From Dehalococcoidia bacterium (GTDB lineage Bacteria; Chloroflexota; Dehalococcoidia; Lucifugimonadales; UBA3495), in NCBI GenBank assembly GCA_963665395.2, contig OY762251.1, positions 3,483,448 to 3,547,447 of the forward strand: DNA of 64,000 nt. The letters are read 5' to 3'. The position numbers were made by a program, and so were the translations under genes. This document shows positions 10,168 to 19,765 of the stretch, in pieces. Below the pieces are notes generated by a model. It saw only the letters and a program-made list of their open reading frames with translations, ran no database searches and was not told the origin of the DNA. How positions within the stretch are numbered: position 1 is the stretch's first letter; each line of letters begins with the position of its first letter.

Positions 10168-11856
10168 CTAGTACTTCCTCTCCTCGGGCGTCCATTGAGT
10201 GATGGTTACGGGCAGCTCCGAAATCGCCGGCCCGCCATCGTCTTTGGTCAAGACGATGTGATGGAGCCATTCTTCGTCGTTGCGGTCGGGGTAATCGGTC
10301 CGGAACTGGGCGCCGCGGCTTTCCCGGCGTTCGAGAGCGCCCACGGCGATGGTGTCGGCGCAGTCGAGCATATAGCCCAGCTCAAGGGCGAAAACCAGGT
10401 CAGTGTTGAAGGTCTTGCCCTTGTTGTGGACGGGGACATTTTCATAGCGGCGGCGGAGGTTGTGCAGGTCGTCGATGGTCTCTTCTATCCCCTCTTCGTT
10501 GCGGAACACCGCCACGTTGCGGTTCATGGATTCGCCCATTTCGCGGCGGATGGCGGACCAGCGGTCGCCGTTTTCGGGCCGGTCCATCATCTCCTGGATG
10601 CGGCGACGCTCCCGGGCGAGGGTGGCGGCGACATCGAACTCCATGAAATCCACATTGCGGGTAGCGTCGGAGGCGTGGTTGCCGGCGCGCTCGCCGAATA
10701 CGATGGTGTCGAGGAGGGAGTTGGCGCCCAGGCGGTTGCCGCCGTGGACGCTGACGTTGGCGCATTCGCCGGCGGCATAGACGCCGCCGACGTTGGTCAA
10801 CCCGTCAATATTGGTTTTGATGCCGCCCATTATGTAGTGCATACCGGGGCGGATGGGGATGGGTTCGCGGATCATGTCCGTGCCGGCCAGGTCGATGCCG
10901 ATTTCCCGGATCTGGCTGAGCTTTTCCATGATCAGGGCTTCGCCCAGGTGGGTGCAGTCCAGCAGCACGCAGCCGTCGATGCCGTTGCCGGCGTTGATCT
11001 CGGTCTGTTCGGCGCGGGAAACCACGTCGCGGGAGGCCAGCTCCATCATGTTGGGAGCGTATTTCTCCATGAAGCGGTTGCCGTCTTTGTCGCGCAGGTA
11101 CGCTCCCTCACCACGGGCCGCTTCGGAGATCAGCACGCCGCTGCCGGCCAGGGTGGTGGGATGGTACTGGACCATCTCCATGTCCATGAGCTGACCACCG
11201 GCGTTGTACACCAGTCCCATACCGTCGCCGGTTACGATGAGGGCGTTGGTGCTGGGTTCAAAGAGGCGGCCGCAGCCTCCGGTGCAGAAGATGACGGTCT
11301 TGGCGCGGATGACGTGGAGTTCGCCGGTGCGGATTTCCAAGGCCATGACGCCGGCGGCCTGGCCGTCCTCCATGATCAGGGAGGTAACGAACCATTCCTC
11401 GTAACGGCGGACGCCGGACTTGATGAGCTGCTCGAACATGACGTGGAGCAGAGCCTGTCCGGTGAAGTCCCCCACGAAGAAGGTGCGGGCGCGACGCTGG
11501 CCGCCAAAGGCGCGGGTGCCCAAGCGGCCGTCGTCGTCGCGGTTGAAGGTGACGCCCATGTGCTCCATGTCGATGAGGGAGGCGCCGGCCTGGCGACACA
11601 TCACCTCGATGGCGTCCTGATCGCCCAGGAAGTCGCTGCCTTTGATGGTGTCGTAGGCGTGGTCTTCCCAATCGTCGCCCCGGTCCAGCAGCGCGGCGTT
11701 GATGCCGCCCTGGGCGGCGTTGGAATGGCTGCGCACGGGGTGGACTTTGCTGATGATGGCGGTATTGGCTCCGCCGGCTCGGGCCGCAATGGCGGCGCGC
11801 ATCCCGGCCAGGCCGGCGCCGACCACCAGCACGTCGTGTTGCAAATCCTCTGGCAT
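10168..11856 (-). CDS. sdhA: Succinate dehydrogenase/fumarate reductase flavoprotein subunit
   Basis: ATG at 11856 ([22 protein letters not shown]) with RBS. Motifs [16 protein letters not shown] and HYIMGGI. Confidence 0.9.
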   Translation of the reverse strand: MPEDLQHDVLVVGAGLAGMRAAIAARAGGANTAIISKVHPVRSHSNAAQGGINAALLDRGDDWEDHAYDTIKGSDFLGDQDAIEVMCRQAGASLIDMEHMGVTFNRDDDGRLGTRAFGGQRRARTFFVGDFTGQALLHVMFEQLIKSGVRRYEEWFVTSLIMEDGQAAGVMALEIRTGELHVIRAKTVIFCTGGCGRLFEPSTNALIVTGDGMGLVYNAGGQLMDMEMVQYHPTTLAGSGVLISEAARGEGAYLRDKDGNRFMEKYAPNMMELASRDVVSRAEQTEINAGNGIDGCVLLDCTHLGEALIMEKLSQIREIGIDLAGTDMIREPIPIRPGMHYIMGGIKTNIDGLTNVGGVYAAGECANVSVHGGNRLGANSLLDTIVFGERAGNHASDATRNVDFMEFDVAATLARERRRIQEMMDRPENGDRWSAIRREMGESMNRNVAVFRNEEGIEETIDDLHNLRRRYENVPVHNKGKTFNTDLVFALELGYMLDCADTIAVGALERRESRGAQFRTDYPDRNDEEWLHHIVLTKDDGGPAISELPVTITQWTPEERKY

Positions 11857-11931
11857 TTGTGTCTTCCTCCGCCCGGATTGGATACAACCCGGCTGATTGT
11901 GGCGCATAAGCGGCGCGCCCAAGAGCGGCGG

Positions 11932-12480
11932 CTAATTATCGCCCAAAACCCGCATGGCAAGCAACAGCGCGGCGATGCTCTTGGCATCCTGAATGGAGCC
12001 GTCGGCGATCAACGCGCCAACCTCGCGCCATGGCACGCGGCGCAGTTCAATAAATTCGTCGTCGTCAGCGTCCAGGTTCGACAATTTCAAGTCTCGGGCC
12101 AGGTAGGCGTGGGTGTACTGGGGCGACAGGCTGGGATTCAGAAAGAAAGCGCCGAGCAACTGCCACTTTCCGGCGGCGTGTCCGGTTTCTTCCTGCAATT
12201 CCCGTATCGCGGCTTCTTGCGGGTTTTCACCGGGCTCCATCTTGCCGGCCGGGGCTTCTATCAGAAATCGCTCCGCCGTTTTCCGGAACTGGCGCACCAG
12301 CAGCACGTTTTGACGCGGGTCAACGGGCACCACGCATACCGAGGACGGATAGTAGACGATTTCGCGGTCGGTTTCCCGCCCGTTGGGCAGGCGAACGGTA
12401 TCCACCCTTACGTCAATCAAATTGCCGTTGTAAATCGGCCGGGTGGTGATGGTAGGCTCGTTGGTTGGAAAGCCGGACAT
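11932..12480 (-). CDS. NUDIX hydrolase (ADP-ribose pyrophosphatase-like), paralog 1
   Basis: NUDIX box GKMEPGENPQEAAIRELQEETG. Start MSGFPTNEPTITTR at 12480. Confidence 0.85.
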   Translation of the reverse strand: MSGFPTNEPTITTRPIYNGNLIDVRVDTVRLPNGRETDREIVYYPSSVCVVPVDPRQNVLLVRQFRKTAERFLIEAPAGKMEPGENPQEAAIRELQEETGHAAGKWQLLGAFFLNPSLSPQYTHAYLARDLKLSNLDADDDEFIELRRVPWREVGALIADGSIQDAKSIAALLLAMRVLGDN

Positions 12481-12491
12481 ATTCGCATCCG

Positions 12492-13040
12492 TTAGCCCTG
12501 CTCCAAAATGCGCATGGCCAGCAACAGCGCGGCGACGCTCTTGGCATCCTGTACTTCGCCGTTGGTCATCAAATCGAAGATGCCGGCGACGGGGACTCTT
12601 ACTACTTCGATAAATTCGTCCTCGTCGGAGTCCAGGTTGGCCGGCACCAGTTCGGTGGCCAGGAAGGCGTGCATATACTCCGAGCACCAGCCGGGGGCCA
12701 GCCAGAAGCCGGCCAGGGGAACGAGATTGCCGGCAGTGTGCCCAATCTCCTCCTGCAATTCTCGGCGGGCCGCCGCTTCCGGTTCTTCGCCGGGTTCGAT
12801 GCCGCCCGCTGGCACTTCCAGGAGGAAGCTGCCGGCGGGTTTGCGGTACTGGCGCACCAGCAGCACGTTGCCATCGGCATCCACTGGCACCACGCAGATA
12901 GATGGGTCGTGGTCAACGATTTCCCGGGTGGTTTCCCGTCCGTTTTGCAGGCGGACGGTGTCCACGCGCACGTTGATGATGCGGCCCTGGAAGATCTGCC
13001 GGGTGGAGATGGTGGGTTCGTTGTCGGGGTAGGAGGTCAT
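12492..13040 (-). CDS. NUDIX hydrolase, paralog 2
   Basis: NUDIX box GGIEPGEEPEAAARRELQEEIG. Colinear with paralog 1 from the first residues (MTSYPDNEPTISTR). Confidence 0.85.
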   Translation of the reverse strand: MTSYPDNEPTISTRQIFQGRIINVRVDTVRLQNGRETTREIVDHDPSICVVPVDADGNVLLVRQYRKPAGSFLLEVPAGGIEPGEEPEAAARRELQEEIGHTAGNLVPLAGFWLAPGWCSEYMHAFLATELVPANLDSDEDEFIEVVRVPVAGIFDLMTNGEVQDAKSVAALLLAMRILEQG

Positions 13041-13090
13041 GGCGTTGGGTACTGCTCGCAAATGAAGCCGCTGGATTCCCGCTTTCGCGG

Positions 13091-13118
13091 GAATGACGGT
13101 AGTGGAGGCGGGAATGAC
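13091..13118. repeat. REP-like hairpin ctggattccNgc-N4-gcNggaatgacg
   Basis: ctggattcccgctttcgcgggaatgacg, with an extra half-site gcgggaatgacg at 13128..13139. Confidence 0.7.
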
Positions 13119-13145
13119 GGGGTGGTGTAGGAATGGTGGTGGGGG

Positions 13146-13997
13146 TTAGCGGCCTTGCAGGCTGAAACCCAAGCGACGGGTGAGGGTGGCCCAGAAGTAG
13201 TTGTGCTCGTTGGCGCGGAGGAAGCGGGCGCGATAAGGGCTGCGGGTGATGCGTACCCAATCGCCGGGTTCGATGGGGTGGTTTTCAAAACCGTCCACGC
13301 TGATGATGGCTTCCTGGGAACCTTCGAGGTGGAAGTCAACGCTGCTGGTGGGGCGCAGCACCAGCGGGGTGGTCAGGCCGACGTGGGACGCCAGCGGGGT
13401 TAGCACCACGTCGTCAGACAGGGGGTCGAGTATCGGGCCGCCGGCGGCGAAGCTGTAACCGGTGCTGCCCGTGGCCGTGGCAAGGATCACGCCGTCAGCA
13501 CGGAAGGTGGATACGTCCGCCCCGTCGATGGACGCGCGGACGGTGATGACGCGGGATACCCGGCTGCGGGAAAGCACCACGTCGTTGAGGGCGTGATAGG
13601 GACCCTGGGGCACAGAGTCGCCGTTGCCATTGCGCCGATAGACGTCGGCCATCAGCATACTGTGTTCGGAGACCCGCATATCGCCCTTGAGATACTGAGG
13701 CAGCTGCTCCATGACGCCGGGCACGGTCAGCTCGGTCATAAAACCCAGGCGGCCCATGTTGATGCCAACCAGCGGTATCCCCTGGGGCGCGATGGCCCGG
13801 TTCACCCGGAGGATGGTGCCATCGCCGCCGATGGTGATGACCAGGTCGGTATCCTGGGCCCGTTGGCTCAAGTCCTCGGCGTCCTCGGCGCGCAGAATCC
13901 AGGTGTCGGGGCCCAGATTGAGCTCGCCGACGATGGCGTGGGCCAAGTCCAGCGCCTCGGGTATCAAGTCGTTGTAGGCGATGCCGACGGTTTTCAT
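13146..13997 (-). CDS. nadK: NAD kinase
   Basis: Motifs DLVITIGGDGTILR and ATATGSTGYSFAAGGPI. Confidence 0.9.
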   Translation of the reverse strand: MKTVGIAYNDLIPEALDLAHAIVGELNLGPDTWILRAEDAEDLSQRAQDTDLVITIGGDGTILRVNRAIAPQGIPLVGINMGRLGFMTELTVPGVMEQLPQYLKGDMRVSEHSMLMADVYRRNGNGDSVPQGPYHALNDVVLSRSRVSRVITVRASIDGADVSTFRADGVILATATGSTGYSFAAGGPILDPLSDDVVLTPLASHVGLTTPLVLRPTSSVDFHLEGSQEAIISVDGFENHPIEPGDWVRITRSPYRARFLRANEHNYFWATLTRRLGFSLQGR

Positions 13998-14019
13998 GGC
14001 AAGTTCGCTATCGGAGTCC

Positions 14020-15531
14020 TCAGCCGCCGGCCATGAGGACTACCACGGCGCGCTCGGCGGCATCCAGAATGGCGCCCGGGGCCACGCCCAGCCACAGCAT
14101 ACAGAGGGCGGCCACGCCGAGGGCCACGTTGACCGGCCACGACGCGCCCAACCGCTCGGTGTGGATGGCCGGTTGCAGGAACATGACCTTGATGACCCGC
14201 AGGTAGTAGTAGGCGGAAACTACGCTGTTGACCACGCCGATGATTACCAGCCACGTCATCAGCGACTCTCCGGTGTTGATCGCGGCGGCGAATATGTAGA
14301 TCTTGGCGATGAAGATGCTGGTGGGCGGGACGCCGATGAGGGCGATGAGCGCCAACGCCAGGGCGATGGCCAGGAAGGGTGCCCGGCGCAGCATACCGGC
14401 GTAGTCCTCGATCTCGTCGCTGTTGATGCGGTTGCCGATAGAGACAATGGCGAAGAAGGCCGTCAAGTTGGCGGCGGTGTAGGCAGCGAGGTAGAACAAC
14501 ACACTGCTGGGGCCGAATGTTTCCTCGGTTCCGACGGTGACGATGGCCGCCACGCCCACCAGGATGTAACCGGCGTGGGCGATGGTGCTGTAGCCGAAAA
14601 GACGCTTGATGTTACGCTGGGCGATGGCGACCAGGTTGCCGATGGTCATGGACAGGGCGGCGAGACCGGCCAGCAGCACCCACCAGTCTCCGCCCAAGGC
14701 GTCGAACCCGATGTAGAAAACCCGGAGCACCAGCGCGAACGCCGCCGCTTTGCTGGCCACGGACAGGAAGGCGACCATGGGCGTCGGGGCGCCTTCGTAC
14801 ACGTCGGGCACCCACATCTGGAATGGCGCCGCGGACATCTTGAAGCCGAAGCCGGCCAACAGCAGGACCACGGCCAACAGCACCGCCATGCTGCCAAAGG
14901 GAATAATCCCTGACGAGGAACTGCCGGCGAGCGCAACCGCTATCTCGTCCAAGCGCGTGCTGCCGGTGAATCCGTAGATGAGGGCCATGCCGTATAGCAT
15001 CAGCGCGCTGCTGATGGCGCCGATGATGAGGAACTTCATGCCCGCTTCGCTGGAGCGGCCGTTGGGCAGGAAGGCCGCCAGCGCCGCCAACGGGAGCGTG
15101 GTTAATTCCAGGGCGATGTACATGGTGATCAGCTCGTCCGCCGCCACCAGCAGCATCATTCCCGTAGCGGAGAGGAGGAGCAACCCGAAATACTCGCCCT
15201 GCAATCTCTCCATGCGGCGCACGTAGTCGTTGGACACCAGGACGACCAGACCGACGGCGGCGAGAATCAGGAAGTTGAAAAAGAGGGCGAACTTGTCAAT
15301 TGACAGGGTATAGAGGACTACCGAACCCTCGGCTACCAACTCGCTGTGGCCCGAGGCTGACAGCTCAACTACCTGCCATGCGCTCAACGCCGCCGGGGCG
15401 GCCAAACCCACGAAAGACAGCCCAACCAGCAGGCCGGTGCGGCGGGTCACCAAGTCCGCCACAATCACCAGCATGGCCAAGGCGGCCAGGGCGAGGTAGG
15501 GCGCAATCAGGAACAGGTCGTAGGTGGTCAT
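14020..15531 (-). CDS. nuoN: NADH-quinone oxidoreductase subunit N
   Basis: Polytopic antiporter-like protein at the last position of the nuo operon. Confidence 0.85.
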   Translation of the reverse strand: MTTYDLFLIAPYLALAALAMLVIVADLVTRRTGLLVGLSFVGLAAPAALSAWQVVELSASGHSELVAEGSVVLYTLSIDKFALFFNFLILAAVGLVVLVSNDYVRRMERLQGEYFGLLLLSATGMMLLVAADELITMYIALELTTLPLAALAAFLPNGRSSEAGMKFLIIGAISSALMLYGMALIYGFTGSTRLDEIAVALAGSSSSGIIPFGSMAVLLAVVLLLAGFGFKMSAAPFQMWVPDVYEGAPTPMVAFLSVASKAAAFALVLRVFYIGFDALGGDWWVLLAGLAALSMTIGNLVAIAQRNIKRLFGYSTIAHAGYILVGVAAIVTVGTEETFGPSSVLFYLAAYTAANLTAFFAIVSIGNRINSDEIEDYAGMLRRAPFLAIALALALIALIGVPPTSIFIAKIYIFAAAINTGESLMTWLVIIGVVNSVVSAYYYLRVIKVMFLQPAIHTERLGASWPVNVALGVAALCMLWLGVAPGAILDAAERAVVVLMAGG

Positions 15532-15549
15532 GGCGGTTCAGTCTCGGCG

Positions 15550-17088
15550 CTAGCGGCCGGCTCCGGCGATGCCGGCGTTGTAGCCGTTCATAATAGGCTC
15601 CAGGCCATCACGGAAAACGTCGGTCAGCCAGGCGGGATACACTCCTACGGCGACGATGCTTATCAAAAGGAGGGCAACGGGAACCATTTCCACGGCGGAT
15701 GCGTCGGTAAGGTCATCCCAGCGGGACGGGCGCGGGCCGAACAGGGTGCGTTGCAGCATCCAGAGGATATAGCCGGCGGCGAGTATGATGCCCAGAACGG
15801 CCAGAATGGTCAGAATGGGGAAGGCGCGGAAGCCGCCGAAGAAAACCAGCAGCTCCGACACGAAACCGCTCAGGGTGGGCAGGCCCAGAGAGGCCGCGCC
15901 GGCGACCAGAAAGGCCGTTGCCACCAGGGGCATCCGGTTGGCGAGACCACCCAGGTCGGGAATGTGGCGGGTGTGAGTCTTTTCGTAGAGGATGCCCACG
16001 GCGACGAACAAAAGGCCGGTGATGGTGCCATGGGTGAAGAGCTGCATCGCCGCCCCGGTCAGTCCGGCGTCGCTGAGCGTTCCGCCCACGACGGCGACGG
16101 AACCTAGTCCGATCAACACCAGCCCCATGTGGCTGACGCTGGAATAGGCAATGAGGCGTTTCAGGTCGGTTTGGCGCAGCGTTACGACCGCGCCATACAG
16201 GACGCTGATGACACCCAGGGCCACCACGGGCAATGCGTAGGTCTGCAACTGCTCCGGGAACATCGCGGCGTTGATGCGGAGCAGGCCATAGCCGCCCATC
16301 TTCAGCATGACACCGGCCAGCATGACGCTGCCGGCCGTGGGCGCGTCGGTGTGGGCGTCGGGCAGCCAGGTATGCACCGGCCAGGTGGGGAGCTTGACGG
16401 CGAAGGCGATGAAGAAGAGCCAGAACAGGACGCCCATGGGCAGCGCGGCGCGGGAGGCATCCAGTGCGCCGCCCGGTTCCAGCAGGCGGGTCATGTTGAA
16501 GCTGTCCACGCCGGCGCTGACGAACACGGCCACGATGGCGACCAGCATGAAGGCCGAGCCGAGGATGGTGAAGATCAGGAATTTCATGGCCGAGTATTCG
16601 CGCCGGCCGGTGCCCCAGGTGGAGATGAGGAGGTACATGGGGACCAACTCGATTTCCCAGAACAGGAAGAACAGCAGGAAGTCGAGGGCCGTGAAGACGC
16701 CCAAAACGGCCGTTTGCAGCACGAACAGCCAAATGAAGTACTCGCGCACCCGGTGGGAGATGTGGAAGGACACAAAGACGGCGCACAGGCCCAGCAGGCC
16801 CGTCAGCATCACCAGGGGCGCGCTGATGCCGTCCACGCCCAAGAGGTAGCTGGCTTGAACCGTGCCGGTGTTGATCCAGTCGAAACGGTCAACCAACTGG
16901 AATTGATCACCGCCAGGCCGGAACAAGATGAACACGATCACCGAGAGGACCAGGTCGGCGGCGGCCACCACCGCTGCGAACCAGCGGATGTTGCGGTCGC
17001 CCCGTACCGTGCCCACCGCCAACAGCAGGGCGGCAACGGCCGGCAGGAAGACGGTAACGGTGAGCAGTCCTGTGAATCCGGTAGCCAT
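15550..17088 (-). CDS. nuoM: NADH-quinone oxidoreductase subunit M
   Basis: Antiporter-like protein with motifs WLPDAHTDAPTAGSVMLAGV. Operon order supports the call. Confidence 0.85.
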   Translation of the reverse strand: MATGFTGLLTVTVFLPAVAALLLAVGTVRGDRNIRWFAAVVAAADLVLSVIVFILFRPGGDQFQLVDRFDWINTGTVQASYLLGVDGISAPLVMLTGLLGLCAVFVSFHISHRVREYFIWLFVLQTAVLGVFTALDFLLFFLFWEIELVPMYLLISTWGTGRREYSAMKFLIFTILGSAFMLVAIVAVFVSAGVDSFNMTRLLEPGGALDASRAALPMGVLFWLFFIAFAVKLPTWPVHTWLPDAHTDAPTAGSVMLAGVMLKMGGYGLLRINAAMFPEQLQTYALPVVALGVISVLYGAVVTLRQTDLKRLIAYSSVSHMGLVLIGLGSVAVVGGTLSDAGLTGAAMQLFTHGTITGLLFVAVGILYEKTHTRHIPDLGGLANRMPLVATAFLVAGAASLGLPTLSGFVSELLVFFGGFRAFPILTILAVLGIILAAGYILWMLQRTLFGPRPSRWDDLTDASAVEMVPVALLLISIVAVGVYPAWLTDVFRDGLEPIMNGYNAGIAGAGR

Positions 17089-17094
17089 GGTCCC

Positions 17095-19134
17095 TTATCC
17101 TAGCGCCAGATACAGGATGATGATGACCAACCCGCCGACGGCGGCGACCAGCGGATAGGTCTGCACCTGGCCATTTTGGGCCAGGGCGATCAGGCTGCCA
17201 ACGTTGCGGGATATCCAGCCGGTCAGTCCGACCAGGCCGTCAACGATGTTGCGGTCCACCCAGTCGGTGATGCCGGCGACGATACGGTAGAACAGACGGC
17301 CCACGACGACGCCCTCATAGAGGTGGTCCATAAAGTAACGCTGGGCGAGCAGAGTGTGGAGCGGGCCCGCGCCGGTCAGCGGATCCCTGGATACGAAGGG
17401 TCGGGGCCACGCGTAAGCCAGAGCGGCGAGGCCAATGCCGGCGAAGGCTACTACGTTGGATATGACGGCGATGGCGATGTTGAACGGAGGCGCGTGGTGG
17501 CCATCGTGAAGTCCCGAGGCGAAGTACTCGGTGAGCCAATGGGATGGTATCAGCCCGAATATGCTGGACACGCCGATAGGGTTCGCGATCCAGCCGGCTA
17601 CGATGGCGCTGAAGCCAAGGATGCCCATGGGCACGACCATGACGGCCGGGGATTCGCCGAGATGAACGTGATGGGTGACGCCGGTTGGGGCCGGCTCGCC
17701 GGCGGCTTCGGTGTCGTGGAGTTCCCGTTCGCCGCCGCCGCGAAACTCGCCATGGAACGTCAGATGCACCATTCGGAAGGTGTAGAAGGCGGTGAGCAAC
17801 ACGCCCACCAGCAGCAAGACGAAGACCAACAGGCTGACGGAGGCCGGTACCGGGCCGGCGGCCAGCCAGGATTCCAGCAGTATCTCGTCTTTGCTCCAGA
17901 AACCGGCCAGGGGGAAGATGCCGACCAGGCTCAGGGATCCGATCACCGTGAGCCAATAGGTCCAAGGCATGGCCTTGCGCAGGCCGCCCATGTACATCAT
18001 GTTGAAGGTGCCGGCGGCGTGGTTGACGCTGCCCGCTCCCAGGAACAACAGGGCCTTGAAGAAGGCATGGGTGAACAGGTGGAAGAGGGCTGCGTTGTAC
18101 GCGCCGACGCCCAACGCGGCCATCATGTAACCGAGTTGGCTCACGGTGGAATAGGCCATGACTCGCTTGATGTCGTTGGCGGCGAGGCCCATGGTGGCGG
18201 CGAAAACAGCGGTGAACGCGCCGATGAGGGCGACCACCATCATTGCCGCCTGGGATTCGGCGAAGACGGGGAAGAACCGTCCCACCAGGAAAACGCCGGC
18301 CGCGACCATGGTAGCGGCGTGGATGAGCGCGCTCACCGGGGTCGGGCCTTCCATGGCGTCCGGGAGCCAGGTGTGCAGGGGGAACTGGCCACTCTTTCCC
18401 ACCGCGCCGGCAAACAGACCGAGACACAGCCAGAGCAACGCTCCACCGGCCACTATGCCGGCGCCGCCAGCCGCAATTGGAGCGGCCGCTTCCCAGATAT
18501 GCGGGATGTGCAGCGCGTTGAGTCCCTGGGCGGCGAATTCGTCAGCCTGGAAGAACAGGTAGATGATCGCCAGGAGGAATCCAACGTCGCCGATGCGGGT
18601 GATGATGAAAGCTTTTTTCGCCGCCGCCGCCGCTGAAGGACGGTTGTGCCAGAACCCGATGAGCAGGTAGGAAGACAGGCCCACCAATTCCCAGAACACG
18701 TACATCTGGACGATATTGACGGCCAGCACCAAGCCGATCATGGACGCGCTGAACAGCGACATATAGGCGTAGTAGCGGGCAAAGCTCTCGTCGCCGTCCA
18801 TGTAGCCCATGGAGTAGATCTGCACCATGAGGCTGACGCCGGTGACCACGACCAGCATGACGTTGGTGAGCGGATCGAGCAGCAGACCCATCTCAATGGC
18901 AGCGCCGCCGAGATCCAGCCACAGGTGCGGAGCGAATTCGTACACCATGTGGTGGTGGGCCGACGAGCGCAAGAGCCAGACGGACAGGATGAACCCGACG
19001 CCCAGGGCCGCGATGGTGAGGTAGCCGGCCAGTTTGGCAAAGCTCGGGCCCAAGGGCCGGATGACCAGCCCGATCAGCAGGAACGAGGCCACCGGCAGCA
19101 GGAAGATGGCCCACACCAGTTGTTCAGTGATCAT
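17095..19134 (-). CDS. nuoL: NADH-quinone oxidoreductase subunit L
   Basis: 679-aa antiporter-like protein with a long C-terminal extension. Motif HTWLPDAMEGPTPVSALIHAATMV. Confidence 0.85.
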   Translation of the reverse strand: MITEQLVWAIFLLPVASFLLIGLVIRPLGPSFAKLAGYLTIAALGVGFILSVWLLRSSAHHHMVYEFAPHLWLDLGGAAIEMGLLLDPLTNVMLVVVTGVSLMVQIYSMGYMDGDESFARYYAYMSLFSASMIGLVLAVNIVQMYVFWELVGLSSYLLIGFWHNRPSAAAAAKKAFIITRIGDVGFLLAIIYLFFQADEFAAQGLNALHIPHIWEAAAPIAAGGAGIVAGGALLWLCLGLFAGAVGKSGQFPLHTWLPDAMEGPTPVSALIHAATMVAAGVFLVGRFFPVFAESQAAMMVVALIGAFTAVFAATMGLAANDIKRVMAYSTVSQLGYMMAALGVGAYNAALFHLFTHAFFKALLFLGAGSVNHAAGTFNMMYMGGLRKAMPWTYWLTVIGSLSLVGIFPLAGFWSKDEILLESWLAAGPVPASVSLLVFVLLLVGVLLTAFYTFRMVHLTFHGEFRGGGERELHDTEAAGEPAPTGVTHHVHLGESPAVMVVPMGILGFSAIVAGWIANPIGVSSIFGLIPSHWLTEYFASGLHDGHHAPPFNIAIAVISNVVAFAGIGLAALAYAWPRPFVSRDPLTGAGPLHTLLAQRYFMDHLYEGVVVGRLFYRIVAGITDWVDRNIVDGLVGLTGWISRNVGSLIALAQNGQVQTYPLVAAVGGLVIIILYLALG

Positions 19135-19147
19135 GGGTTGGCAATCC

Positions 19148-19342
19148 TCACAGCTTCCGCACGATTTCTTCGGCCACGTGCTCGCGGCCCTTGGGCACGT
19201 AGATGCGGAAGGGCGCTCGCTCGCTCCAATCCCGAATGTCGCCCTCCGGTAGGATGCGGCTGGGCAGGCCCTCCGCTTCGAGAACTTCCTTCCAGATTTC
19301 GGCGGCCATCAGGTTGGGCGCGCGTTTGAATTCTACCCACAT
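19148..19342 (-). CDS. Small DUF2007-like protein inserted between nuoK and nuoL
   Basis: 64 aa, MWVEFKRAPNLMAAEIWKEVLEAEGLPSRI...RIYVPKGREHVAEEIV. Ends 13 nt upstream of the nuoL start. Confidence 0.6.
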   Translation of the reverse strand: MWVEFKRAPNLMAAEIWKEVLEAEGLPSRILPEGDIRDWSERAPFRIYVPKGREHVAEEIVRKL

Positions 19343-19381
19343 GGTCTTTTGCTTGGATGGAGGGGATTTTGGTCAGGCTTT

Positions 19382-19409
19382 CTGGATTCCGGCTTTCGCC
19401 GGAATGACG
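19382..19409. repeat. REP-like hairpin ctggattccggctttcgccggaatgacg
   Basis: Same family as 13091. Lies inside the nuo operon, between nuoK and the small ORF. Confidence 0.7.
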
Positions 19410-19431
19410 ATTATAGGGTCGGCATAGCAGG

Positions 19432-19761
19432 TCAGTGACGGAGGGAGGCGGCGTCGGTGAGGTCCACGCTTTCGTTGGAGCGGAATATGGCGAACACGAT
19501 GCCGAGGCCGAGGGCGATCTCGGCGGCGGCTACGGTGATGATGAAGACCGCGAACACCTGCCCGGTGAGCACGGCCGAAAGCTGTTCCTGCACGGCGTAG
19601 GGCGCCAACCACCGTCCCATGGCCACCAGGGTCAGGTTGACGCCGTTGAACATCAACTCGATGGACATGAGAACGGCTATGAAGTTGCGCCTAGCCAACG
19701 CACCGTAGAGGCCGATGCAAAAGATAACGGCGGCGACGACGAGCATTGATTCGAGAGACAA
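19432..19761 (-). CDS. nuoK: NADH-quinone oxidoreductase subunit K
   Basis: Motif IGLYGALARRNFIAVLMSIELMFNGVNL. The TTG at 19761 lies 4 nt after the nuoJ stop. An alternative ATG lies at 19746. Confidence 0.8.
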   Translation of the reverse strand: MSLESMLVVAAVIFCIGLYGALARRNFIAVLMSIELMFNGVNLTLVAMGRWLAPYAVQEQLSAVLTGQVFAVFIITVAAAEIALGLGIVFAIFRSNESVDLTDAASLRH

Positions 19762-19765
19762 GATT

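Noticed and set aside
9253-12495. 1080-aa ORF on the plus strand
   Set aside because: It is antisense to sdhB, sdhA and a NUDIX gene. The composition is Gly/Ala/Val/Asp-rich and low-complexity, as is typical of stop-poor antisense frames in GC-rich DNA. The minus-strand genes carry clear catalytic motifs.
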